Assembly: GCA_027460535.1 (NCBI GenBank)
Contig: JAPZAR010000011.1
Location: 30,001 to 62,000 of the forward strand
Origin: Candidatus Methanoperedens sp.
GTDB lineage: Archaea; Halobacteriota; Methanosarcinia; Methanosarcinales; Methanoperedenaceae
Length of the DNA: 32,000 nucleotides
Direction of reading: 5' to 3'
Below are positions 7,483 to 16,456 of the stretch, one piece after another. Position numbers and translations under genes: made by a program. Below the pieces are notes generated by a model that was not told the DNA's origin, did no database searches, and saw only the letters and a list, made by a program, of their open reading frames with translations. How positions within the stretch are numbered: position 1 is the first letter of the stretch; every line of letters starts with the position of its first letter.

Positions 7483-8466
7483 TTGCTGATGAGGAAAGTC
7501 AGGGCATCAATGGGAACCTTAGGAGTTCTCGGGCTTGAACTTGTGCAGATGGATACGCCCCCAACGACTGCGTATCTCCAGATCTACACTGAAAAACGCT
7601 GCAAGGCAAATTGCCAATTCTGCGCCCAGGCTTCCGGCGCAAGCGCTGATCTGATCCATATAGCCAGGGGCCTGTACGTACCAGTTGACCTCGATGCTGT
7701 GGTTTCGAGGTTGAAAATCGCGTTTGATCGTGGCTATCTTGCCCGCGCCTGTATACAGACCGCGCTATATGATAAATGGTGGCTGGATACGGTCTATTTG
7801 ATCAAGAGCATCAGGGCAGAAAGCAAGATACCAATATCGCTTTCTGTTTTTCCCCTCAGTGATCGGAAATACTTGGAGTTAATACAAATCGGGGTGGGAG
7901 AACTTGTGATACCACTTGATGCCTGCACGCCTGAGTTGTTCGGTAAAATAAAAGGAAATGAAGCAGGTGGGCCTTACTCATGGGATGAACATCTGGACGG
8001 TATGAAAAGGGCAGCCCGCCTATTCAACAAGGTCGGGACGCATCTTATTATCGGGCTAGGGGAAAGCGATGAGGAAGCTGTCCGGATCATCCGGGAATTA
8101 TGGAAGAGTAATATATGTCCCGCACTTTTCTCCTATACGTATGTTCCAGGAGCACAGTTAAGACTCTATGAAAAATCTAATTCGATGAAGCATTATCGCA
8201 CTGTGCAGCTGGCCCGACACCTGATAGTGGAGGGGGAATATTCGGAAATGAGGTTTTCAAACGGTGAACTGTGTGACTTTGGTGCGACAAGGGATTTGAT
8301 CATTGAGCTTATCGAAGACGGAAGGGCTTTTCAGACATCAGGATGTCCTGATTGCAACCGGCCGATGGCGAACGAAACTTTTTCGAAGATGTACAATTTT
8401 CCAAGAAAACCGAATCCCGATGAAATAGAAGGTATCAAGAAAGAACTTGGAGAATTGATACTTTGA
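7483..8466 (+). CDS. radical SAM protein (BioB/HydE-like core), specific function unknown
   Basis: CKANCQFC is a CxxxCxxC motif and IIGLGESDEE resembles the BioB/ThiH/HydE family. There is an extra C-terminal CPDC pair. The track start is TTG at 7483; the first ATG is at 7489. Confidence 0.7.
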   Translation: MLMRKVRASMGTLGVLGLELVQMDTPPTTAYLQIYTEKRCKANCQFCAQASGASADLIHIARGLYVPVDLDAVVSRLKIAFDRGYLARACIQTALYDKWWLDTVYLIKSIRAESKIPISLSVFPLSDRKYLELIQIGVGELVIPLDACTPELFGKIKGNEAGGPYSWDEHLDGMKRAARLFNKVGTHLIIGLGESDEEAVRIIRELWKSNICPALFSYTYVPGAQLRLYEKSNSMKHYRTVQLARHLIVEGEYSEMRFSNGELCDFGATRDLIIELIEDGRAFQTSGCPDCNRPMANETFSKMYNFPRKPNPDEIEGIKKELGELIL

Positions 8467-8611
8467 TAACTCTATCCCAGGGATGCAAAAGTCGGCGCAT
8501 CGGGCATGGTAAAACCGCTGGCGCCGATTGCGAATGCGATGGGTGTGTAAAATCTCCTCTATTTGCACTAAAGTTTTATATGTTACTAAAAGCAATTATA
8601 CTTGGATATAA

Positions 8612-8830
8612 ATGGCTGAAGCTGAACTTATCAGAAGAATGGCGGATGATGTTGCGTCTCTAAAGGAACAGATGAATAGATTAGAGATTGTCATTAATGA
8701 AATTGATCAGGATATTCACAGAGAAGTAAACCCACAATATCTTAAGAAATTGGAAAAAATTCAGAAACAGAAGGGCGTAAGATTCAAGAGCGCCGAAGAA
8801 TTTGAAAGATACTTCTCTGAAGAAAAATAA
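8612..8830 (+). CDS. small coiled-coil protein, possibly an antitoxin-like partner of the RelE gene at 9138
   Basis: 72 aa, predicted helical from its heptad-like charge pattern. The tail KGVRFKSAEEFERYF resembles C-terminal tails of small antitoxins. I recognise no family. Confidence 0.35.
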   Translation: MAEAELIRRMADDVASLKEQMNRLEIVINEIDQDIHREVNPQYLKKLEKIQKQKGVRFKSAEEFERYFSEEK

Positions 8831-9137
8831 TGGCTTTAGGAAAGAATTTTTGGGCGATTTTATAAAGTATAAAATTAGACTTAACTCATTAAATCTTAAT
8901 AAAATAGTCAAAATGACACCGTTTCTAAAAGATTGTCAACCATTGGTTGGATAATGTTTTTTGTCTTTTTTGTCGTGTTTTTAATTATATAAAAATATAA
9001 TATGACATCATTTACCTATAAACGATATCGCAAGGCTTTATATAAACACACTACATTTATATGCATGAGGCATGAAAAATAAACCTTCCCCCATTGAGGT
9101 TGTGGACTAAAAAATAATTTAGAGGCGTTATCAAGAT

Positions 9138-9425
9138 ATGAATAAAAATAAACAACAATCAACATCTTATTCTATCGAGATAAAGCCCGAGCTTACAAAG
9201 AAATTAAAGAAGCTAAAAAAGAAGGACACGTTACTATTTATGCGTATTCAAAAGAAGATTTCTGAAATCGTAGAACATCCTACCCATTACAAGCCTCTGA
9301 AATACGGCATGAAAAACATCCGGCGCGTGCATTTTGACCCTTATGTTCTGACCTTCACCGTAAATGAAGAAGAGCGATTGGTAGAATTTCTGGATTTCGC
9401 ACACCACGATGAAATATATTTATAA
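9138..9425 (+). CDS. RelE/ParE-family toxin
   Basis: YSIEIKPELTKKLKKLKKKD...IQKKISEIVEHP..YKPLKYGMKNIRRVHFDPYVLTFTVNEEERLVEFLDFAHHDEIY follows the RelE/ParE layout. Confidence 0.7.
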   Translation: MNKNKQQSTSYSIEIKPELTKKLKKLKKKDTLLFMRIQKKISEIVEHPTHYKPLKYGMKNIRRVHFDPYVLTFTVNEEERLVEFLDFAHHDEIYL

Positions 9426-9440
9426 AAATTAGTTTTGAAA

Positions 9441-10319
9441 TTATTCAGAGATGTGTTGTTTTTCTTCCACTCTCGCCACATTCATATTCCTGGAAAGTCC
9501 AAGCGCCTCTGCCACCGTCTCGCATTTGGTTTTCAGAAGATATGCGATCGGCCTGAAATCATACTCGGACATTGTCTCGTAGTTCGCCATACCCTTGCTG
9601 ATGATAAGCGACGCTTCCCTAAGTGCTATCACAAGCTCTTCAGGGGCTTCCCTGAGACATAAACCAATAGCATTTGAACCTGTTGTGAGCACCCTGTTCA
9701 CCTTCCTGTCAAGACCGAGTTCTCTTGCCTCTTTCATCGTTACATCATTGAGTATGGGTGCGCCCCTGACAACCAGGGTTATCCTGCCTCCGAGCTTTTT
9801 AATTTCCTCAAATAACAGGGCATCGAATATTATCTCACCGCAGTTATCCGCAAGATATACCACGTTTTCCAGCAGCGATTTCATCTTCTCTGTGTCATCC
9901 ACATCGAGACCGGACTCAAATTGCCTGAGCATGGTTTCCTTTGCTATTTCCTTATCCGCATCGAACCCAAGAACCCCGAAATCAAATGAGTTGCCTACGA
10001 TCGACGCAAGCACCGCGCGCCTGAACGAATCCTTTTCCGCAACAAAATCTCTCGCAAAAGGGAAAAGCTTTTTTGCAGCCTCATTGCTTTGCCTTTTTTT
10101 CTCCCTGTACGGGTCTATGTCCCCAAGCACCCTGTAAGCCTCCCTGTGTATCTTCGTGGACAGGTGTGTGGCAGGCGCTCCATCCGCCAGGCATTTCCTC
10201 AGCACTTCTATCCCGGCAAGCACAGCTTTTTTCTGCATGGCTATGTCCTTTGTGGAAAGCTCTGCCTCGAACTGCACTCTTGACAATAAACACGGCGCGC
10301 ATCTCGGATGGGTCTTCAA
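9441..10319 (-). CDS. DUF89/ARMT1-type damage-control phosphatase
   Basis: 292 aa. The N-terminus is CAPCLLSRVQFE and the protein carries GNSFDFG, YLADNCGEIIFD and SKGMANYE motifs typical of archaeal DUF89. It starts 11 nt downstream of the polB stop on the same strand. Confidence 0.8.
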   Translation of the reverse strand: MKTHPRCAPCLLSRVQFEAELSTKDIAMQKKAVLAGIEVLRKCLADGAPATHLSTKIHREAYRVLGDIDPYREKKRQSNEAAKKLFPFARDFVAEKDSFRRAVLASIVGNSFDFGVLGFDADKEIAKETMLRQFESGLDVDDTEKMKSLLENVVYLADNCGEIIFDALLFEEIKKLGGRITLVVRGAPILNDVTMKEARELGLDRKVNRVLTTGSNAIGLCLREAPEELVIALREASLIISKGMANYETMSEYDFRPIAYLLKTKCETVAEALGLSRNMNVARVEEKQHISE

Positions 10320-10330
10320 TCTTTATGCTC

Positions 10331-12919
10331 CTAAAATTCGAACAATTGCCTCTGTTTCGTTTCAGTTTGAACCTTCTTTTCCCCCATCCATCTTAACATT
10401 TCCCCCTTCACGCCGAAATCAGATAATATGCGCGCGACAGGAGGAAGTATCTGTTTATTGATATAGTAATCAACATCCAGAGGTAGATTTTTCTCCCTTG
10501 CGTAATCAGGATCTTCTGCCCTGTCCACGAACAGTCCTTTTCCTGCAATTATGACAAAAGGAATCCTATCCCCCACGTTTGCGATTATTCCTCTTTTTCT
10601 TGATTTCTCTATAACAGTTATGTGCGGCTGCCTGTTCTTATAGCTCTCGACTTTTTTGGTGTACTGCCTTGTTAATATCAGGTCCTCGAACAGCTTGCTG
10701 TCCTTTCTTGCATCTATTGTTCTTATGCTGTTTATCGTGCCTTTCACAAGTTCTACTGCATCATCCACTTTCCCTTCCTTCAACACAAGTTCAAGCACTT
10801 TTTCCACGGTCTTCGTAGTAAGCTCGCACCAGTCCCGCCTAACAGTCTCCATGCCTTTAACCCTGAGCTTCTCCTTCATTACGCCGTTGGATTTCTCCCA
10901 CACCAGCACTGCGTATCGCTTCTTGGCTATAAATATAGCGCGCCTTCCGAACGAATCAAAAACAAGCTCCATTGGTTTCTGGAGTGATGATGTCACGATC
11001 TTAGCGATCTTTCGTCCGACGAGTTCTGCATCATCAAGCGTGATCTCTTTATCCAGGAGATTTACAAACACGCTGTCAGTATCCCCGTAAACCACCGACA
11101 AACAAATTCTCTTCCCCACTTTTGCTTCAACCTTTGTAAAAGCGCCTCCGTCAGTCAGGATTATTTCCTTTATCTCATTCTCGATAAGGCTTTTTGTCCG
11201 CAGGATGTTCTCGCGCCCGAAACTTGTGACAGCGCTTGCAAGGGTCAAACTGTAAAGCCGCGCCCTCGCATATCCAGAATACCCGTAGAAACTGTTAAGA
11301 AGGATCTTGAGCGCCTGCTGGGTGGCATCCAGCACGCGTGCATCTTCTTCACTTGCTGTCTTCATTTTTTCCCGGGTGGCCTGCCTCCTGTTAAGAAGCT
11401 CCTCAAGTATAGCTGGCACGATACCCTTTGCAATTTTCTGCGAAACAAATACACCGCCTGATGGTGCCTTGACCACCTCATCCGGTCTCTCATCCACCAC
11501 CTCGGTGGTATAGCACAGGTTGTGAGCCATCATTATAGTCGGGTAAAGAGATTTGTAATCAAGTATCACGATATTTTCAAGCAGCCCTTTCTTCGGGGGC
11601 AGAACTTCACCCCCTGCCAGTTCCTCGCCTTCATCGAACCTCCCATCCGACATCTCGCCCGTAGGTCTTGCAGGAAGAACGCGGTTGTGCTTCATGTATT
11701 CGCGGAGAATGATATTCTCCACCATCTGGGTCTGCCCCCCGTCAAGAATATCCTGGAGCAGAGTCCCGCTCGCCCTGGCAAGAGCAATATACTTATCGAT
11801 AAGACGGAGTTTTAAAAGGAACGCGAGGGCAAGCTCGGAGTCGCGCCTGGCATACTCGATGAATTTCGAGAGTTTCTCCCCGTCATCTTTCCAGTAGTCT
11901 TCCATCTCAAGGAAAGGTATGTCAAGTTTCTCAAGGCCGAGCAGTTCTTTTGCCGCGTTCCTGAGCGTGTACTGCTTAAGGGAGAATTCCTTTCGAAGCA
12001 GGGGAAGCACATCCATGACAATCCGCCCCATCACGCTTACACGCGTGGTGTTGCCGAATCTCTTAAAATATACAGACCTCCCGTCCCTGCCCATGAGAGG
12101 GTCTATCCTGGCGCCTTTCATGTTGAGTGTCTTTATCCTTTCAACGATGTAGGGAATATCGAAACTGTTGGAGTTATAGCCCACAAGGATATCGGGGTCG
12201 TACTCCCTGACAATCTCGAAAAACCGCCTCATCATTGCCTCTTCACTTGCGCAGCCCTCCACGTCCCCAACCATGCGCGCTTTCTTTCCCACAAGGACAA
12301 GAGTCTTTTTACCGTTAAAATCAGGCTCAAATGCAAGACTCATCAGGATAATAGGAGAGGTTTCAGGCACAGGCATCGCGCCATCCAAAGGCAGGCACTC
12401 GATATCATAAGCAAGATGCCGCAGCGGCGCATTTCGCAGGATTTCCAAAGGCTCGACTTTTCTTGATGTTATTTTAATACTGCTAAGAACGCCATTGTCT
12501 TTTGAATTACCACATGCTTCAGCCCTTGCCCATCCCATCCCGCCAAGCCCGTTGTCCACCATATACCTGTTCCTGAAAAGTATATCCGTCTCATACACAT
12601 CACCCACCATGTTCCTGACATCATCCCTGATAATTGGAACGCCTTTGGGGTCAAAGAGGGTTATCTTGAGCATGTTGACCGGATTCTTGAAATATCCGAT
12701 AGGTTCAAACCGTTGGACTGGTTCGATCTTTTTTATGTGTTCCTTGAACTTCTCCTGAAGGATCACGACCATTTCAGGTTCGGCCTTTGCATAAAAATAC
12801 GGTTCAAAATCGAGTACCGAGCAGCAGACGCTGTTTCCGGATTCGTCCCTTCCATAGAGTCTCACCACAGGTTTGCCGTCGCTGTATGTGTAATCCGCAT
12901 CGAGAATCTGGAAGTTCAT
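10331..12919 (-). CDS. polB: family-B DNA polymerase
   Basis: It has the exonuclease motif LAYDIECLP, SLYPTIMMAHNL, KILLNSFYGY and the catalytic YGDTDS. The track ORF extends to 12964. MNFQILDADY at 12919 matches usual PolB N-termini better. Confidence 0.95.
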   Translation of the reverse strand: MNFQILDADYTYSDGKPVVRLYGRDESGNSVCCSVLDFEPYFYAKAEPEMVVILQEKFKEHIKKIEPVQRFEPIGYFKNPVNMLKITLFDPKGVPIIRDDVRNMVGDVYETDILFRNRYMVDNGLGGMGWARAEACGNSKDNGVLSSIKITSRKVEPLEILRNAPLRHLAYDIECLPLDGAMPVPETSPIILMSLAFEPDFNGKKTLVLVGKKARMVGDVEGCASEEAMMRRFFEIVREYDPDILVGYNSNSFDIPYIVERIKTLNMKGARIDPLMGRDGRSVYFKRFGNTTRVSVMGRIVMDVLPLLRKEFSLKQYTLRNAAKELLGLEKLDIPFLEMEDYWKDDGEKLSKFIEYARRDSELALAFLLKLRLIDKYIALARASGTLLQDILDGGQTQMVENIILREYMKHNRVLPARPTGEMSDGRFDEGEELAGGEVLPPKKGLLENIVILDYKSLYPTIMMAHNLCYTTEVVDERPDEVVKAPSGGVFVSQKIAKGIVPAILEELLNRRQATREKMKTASEEDARVLDATQQALKILLNSFYGYSGYARARLYSLTLASAVTSFGRENILRTKSLIENEIKEIILTDGGAFTKVEAKVGKRICLSVVYGDTDSVFVNLLDKEITLDDAELVGRKIAKIVTSSLQKPMELVFDSFGRRAIFIAKKRYAVLVWEKSNGVMKEKLRVKGMETVRRDWCELTTKTVEKVLELVLKEGKVDDAVELVKGTINSIRTIDARKDSKLFEDLILTRQYTKKVESYKNRQPHITVIEKSRKRGIIANVGDRIPFVIIAGKGLFVDRAEDPDYAREKNLPLDVDYYINKQILPPVARILSDFGVKGEMLRWMGEKKVQTETKQRQLFEF

Positions 12920-12978
12920 AATGATAATTTCGTTTAATCTTCTTATGGCTTTAAGTCTTTGCATTAATATTTTATATT

Positions 12979-13491
12979 ATGCTCCGAATCGCAATAACTG
13001 GAAGCCCAGGCACAGGAAAATCCACGGTCTGCCGCAACGTTCTGAAGAAACTCACCTGCACCTACGGCGGCATGACGAGCGCCGACATCAGGGAAAATGG
13101 CGCCCGCGTGGGATTCGAAATAAGGGATATCACCACCGGAAAGCAGGGTATACTTGCCCATAAGAAAGGTACAGGGCCGCGCGTTGGCAGTTACCATGTC
13201 AATATCGAGGATCTGAACAGCATCGGAGTTGCTGCTATCAAAAATGCCATGAATTCAGATTTGATCGTTATCGATGAGATAGCGCCTATGGAGTTCAAGT
13301 CCTCGGAATTTATAAAAACCGTGGAGGAAGCGCTTGATTCCAATAAAAATATGCTGGTTGTGCTTCACCAGAAATCCAGCCATCCGGTCGCGGAGAGGAT
13401 ACGGAAGGAATTTACGATTTATACCGTAACACCGGAGAACAGGGAAAGGCTGGTTTCGGAGATAGCGGGCAGATTTAACGAATCTCATTAA
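12979..13491 (+). CDS. THEP1/MJ1559-type nucleoside-triphosphatase
   Basis: Walker A is ITGSPGTGKST and Walker B-like is LIVIDEIAPME. At 170 aa its size fits the family. Confidence 0.8.
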   Translation: MLRIAITGSPGTGKSTVCRNVLKKLTCTYGGMTSADIRENGARVGFEIRDITTGKQGILAHKKGTGPRVGSYHVNIEDLNSIGVAAIKNAMNSDLIVIDEIAPMEFKSSEFIKTVEEALDSNKNMLVVLHQKSSHPVAERIRKEFTIYTVTPENRERLVSEIAGRFNESH

Positions 13492-13531
13492 CAGATACTT
13501 TAAAAACAATCCCCGTTAATAGGGCTCCGCG

Positions 13532-14695
13532 ATGCTCACGAAAATCATCACTGAAGGCACAACAATCGTAGAGGTTCCCATCCCGGATGAGAACGCAAGC
13601 TTCCCTCCATCTTCTGTTGCGGTATTCTATAATCCCGCCATGCGGATGAACCGGGATATTGCAGTTGCAGCGATCGCATGTTTTTCAAAAAATAATCCCG
13701 AATATACCTATCTTGATGCATTATCAGCCTCAGGCATCCGCGGCCTTCGCATTGCCAGGGAGGTCGGCCTCAGAGCCACGATGAGCGACTGGGACGAGAC
13801 CTCCTTCGACCTCATAAAGAAAAATATAGAACTGAATAGCCTGACGAACTGCACCGCGATCAAGAGGAATGCCAACGTGATGATGCTGGACAATAGCTTC
13901 GACATAATCGACCTTGACCCATTCGGCACCCCAGCGCCGTTCCTGGACGCGGCATGCTTCTCAACGAAGCGCTTGCTCTGCATCACGGCAACCGATACCG
14001 CGCCCCTTTGCGGCGCGCACAAGAAAGCTGGTATCAGGAATTATGCTGCCGTGCCTCTGAAGACCGAATATTATCCTGAGATGGGGATCAGGATACTTAT
14101 GGGTGCTGTTGCCCGAACGCTTGCGAAATATGATAAAGCGATGACACCTTTGCTATCATACGCCTCGGCGCATTATGTCAGGCTCTTTGCCGGGGTTAAA
14201 AAAGGTATCAAAGATGCTGATGAGTGCCTGGGCAACATGGGTTTCATTTCCCACTGTTTCAACTGCGGTGCAAGAGAGTGGAAACACGGGCTGGCAGTTC
14301 ATATGAAAGAGGAATGCCCGGCGTGCGGGCACACCACATCGCTGGCAGGACCTCTGTGGCTCGGCAGGCTGCATGAGAAGGATTTTTGCGAAGAGGTACT
14401 GGGCGAGGTCAGGAAGAGAGAGTTTGATGATGCGGAAAAGCTGATCATATCATGCAGGGATGAGCTTGATGTCCCGATGCATTACGATTATCACAAGATC
14501 TGCAAGTCGCTCGGGATTACTGCGATGCCAACGGATGAACTCATCCTGGCTTTGAAGGAACGAGGTTTTCAGGCTTCGAGAACGCATTTTTCGGGAATTT
14601 CGTTCAAGACGGAAGCAGGGATGGAGGAGATAAAGGGGATTGTGAGGGAACTAGCTGGAGGAAGTGAACTGGAAAGGAGTTCATTAAAAAAATAG
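13532..14695 (+). CDS. trm1: tRNA (guanine26-N2)-dimethyltransferase
   Basis: It has FYNPAMRMNRDIAV, LSASGIRGLR and IDLDPFGTP, plus the Cys cluster CFNCG...CPACG. Confidence 0.9.
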   Translation: MLTKIITEGTTIVEVPIPDENASFPPSSVAVFYNPAMRMNRDIAVAAIACFSKNNPEYTYLDALSASGIRGLRIAREVGLRATMSDWDETSFDLIKKNIELNSLTNCTAIKRNANVMMLDNSFDIIDLDPFGTPAPFLDAACFSTKRLLCITATDTAPLCGAHKKAGIRNYAAVPLKTEYYPEMGIRILMGAVARTLAKYDKAMTPLLSYASAHYVRLFAGVKKGIKDADECLGNMGFISHCFNCGAREWKHGLAVHMKEECPACGHTTSLAGPLWLGRLHEKDFCEEVLGEVRKREFDDAEKLIISCRDELDVPMHYDYHKICKSLGITAMPTDELILALKERGFQASRTHFSGISFKTEAGMEEIKGIVRELAGGSELERSSLKK

Positions 14696-14700
14696 TCTCA

Positions 14701-14904
14701 TCATAAATTCTCTTCATGTAATCTTTTATAAACTTTTTTCAGCATATAATCCTTTACCACATCGGCAACAACTTTATCATCCATAATTTTTACAAAAATA
14801 TCCTTGTTCTGTTCCATTCTGTCTATCAATTTGTTTATGAAAACATCCTGGAATCCATATTTAAAATTATCAATTGTATTGGTTTTAGCTTGTTTTGATA
14901 AAGT
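14701..14904 (-). pseudogene. start-less 67-codon fragment resembling the extreme C-terminus of a type I restriction R-subunit/helicase-type protein
   Basis: My minus-strand translation is TLSKQAKTNTIDNFKYGFQDVFINKLIDRMEQNKDIFVKIMDDKVVADVVKDYMLKKVYKRLHEENL**. It is bounded upstream by a stop. The assignment is from memory of such C-terminal tails and needs a search. Confidence 0.3.
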
Positions 14905-14963
14905 TTATTACTATCATAACCGCTAAAAATATATAGCTTGTTACTAATATACTAGTAATAATT

Positions 14964-16310
14964 ATGTATGAAAGAAGCATCATCGAGAGAAACCCATGGT
15001 GGGCATCGGGAAGCGTGCCTGAAGAGCTTATTGGTATAAACCGGAGGGAATACCTTGGACAGATAACGGAGCGATTAAAAGATCAGAAGCTCCTTGCAAT
15101 CCTTGGTATAAGGAGAAGCGGCAAATCAACGCTTATTTATCAATCAATCAGGCATCTTCTTGACAATGGTACTGACCCCAAAAACATATTCTACATAAAT
15201 GCAGATGACTTCGAGAAACCTGGAAGAGCGAACCTTGAGGAAGCACTTGATTTCTGTCAGCAGAATAATATGGTTTCCCTGAAAGATATAAAAATCTATG
15301 TGTTCATTGATGAAATCCAAAATGTCCGGGGATGGCAACAGCTCTTGAAAAAATATTATGACCTCAAATATTCTTCAAAATTCATTGTTTCAGGCTCATC
15401 TTCCAGTCTTATCTATAAGAACTCATCAGAAAGCCTTGCAGGAAGAATAAGCTTTATTGATGTTTTTCCTCTTACATTCAGGGAGTTCTTGCAGTTCAAC
15501 AACATAGAGATACAAAAGGCTGCGCTTCAATTTAAATCGCTGAAACAAATGTATTATGAGCTTTCCCCGAAAATCAACGAGATAGCTGGTTTCCTATCGC
15601 AGTACCTGAACGTGGGTGGATTCCCGGAATGGTTCGATATAAAGAATGAGGAAACCTGGTTCAAAATACTGTCAGAGGAGTATACAAGCCTCCTGATCTA
15701 CAGGGATATTGTAAGAATTTTCAGGATTCGCGACCCGCTGCTCCTTGAATCCGTTTTCAGGTTCGTATCCGCTCATTCAAGTAAGCGTTTCAGTTACCTT
15801 GGAATCGCAAAACAGAATGATGGGGACAAGGAGACCTCAAAACAATATATTTTCCATCTCGCCCGTTCGCATCTCATATATCTGTCAGATTTTTATACAA
15901 AAAGCAAAAAGGCTTCAGAGAGAAAGGAAAAAAAGATATATTTCTGCGATCTAGGTCTTAAGAATTCCATAGGTGGGCACCAGGATATCGGTTTTGATGC
16001 CGAGACATGTGTATATCTGCACTGCCTCAAGCAAGTTTCCAGTTACCCTATGGGAAAGATATTCTACTGGCTTGACAAAAAAAAGAACGAGACAGATATT
16101 ATTATGAGTTATGGGTCTGAATTAATTCCTATTGAAGTAAAATACAGGTCTTCTATTGATGATTCGGATTTGAAGGGGATATTGAGTTTTTGCCAGGATT
16201 TTAGTGTTAAAAATGCGTATGTTGTGACAAAAACGCTAATGGAAGAGAGGGAGATCGATGGTGTAATGGTTTCATTTATTCCGTTATGGTTGTTTTTGCT
16301 GGTGTTTTGA
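14964..16310 (+). CDS. AAA ATPase with DUF4143-type C-terminal (restriction-endonuclease-like) domain
   Basis: Walker A is GIRRSGKST and Walker B is VFIDEIQ. The C-terminus ETDIIMSYGSELIPIEVKY is a D...E-x-K-like motif. The sequence is AT-rich. Confidence 0.8.
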   Translation: MYERSIIERNPWWASGSVPEELIGINRREYLGQITERLKDQKLLAILGIRRSGKSTLIYQSIRHLLDNGTDPKNIFYINADDFEKPGRANLEEALDFCQQNNMVSLKDIKIYVFIDEIQNVRGWQQLLKKYYDLKYSSKFIVSGSSSSLIYKNSSESLAGRISFIDVFPLTFREFLQFNNIEIQKAALQFKSLKQMYYELSPKINEIAGFLSQYLNVGGFPEWFDIKNEETWFKILSEEYTSLLIYRDIVRIFRIRDPLLLESVFRFVSAHSSKRFSYLGIAKQNDGDKETSKQYIFHLARSHLIYLSDFYTKSKKASERKEKKIYFCDLGLKNSIGGHQDIGFDAETCVYLHCLKQVSSYPMGKIFYWLDKKKNETDIIMSYGSELIPIEVKYRSSIDDSDLKGILSFCQDFSVKNAYVVTKTLMEEREIDGVMVSFIPLWLFLLVF

Positions 16311-16456
16311 GGTCAGGTAGTCTCCCAAACTGCAGGCGGTTTCTTTTATTCCGCAAGAGCCAGAAACCAAAAAAATGGGGAAACTAGCAATTTTAAAAAT
16401 CCCCGAAAAATACCATAAATTAAATAACACCAAAGCCAATTAAGCCCACAGAAATC

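Noticed and set aside
8831-9137. AT-rich gap examined as a possible CRISPR leader/array, MITE or small antitoxin gene
   Set aside because: I found no spaced direct repeats and no terminal inverted repeats. The only ORFs are about 13-26 codons and have no antitoxin-like features.
9595-10461. Several plus-strand ORFs (9595-10137, 10073-10396, 10089-10283, 10156-10461) and the minus-strand ORF 10081-10302
   Set aside because: All overlap the DUF89 gene or the polB 3' end in alternative frames. None has recognisable motifs, whereas the DUF89 and PolB frames do.
12920-12964. 15-codon N-terminal extension of polB (MQRLKAIRRLNEIII)
   Set aside because: PolB homologues begin close to MNFQILDADY. 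The extension would also consume the short divergent promoter region shared with the NTPase gene.
14697-14710. AUGAUGA on the minus strand as a possible C box of a C/D sRNA
   Set aside because: There is no CUGA D box within the following about 70 nt. The sequence is explained by the tandem stop codons of the gene fragment.
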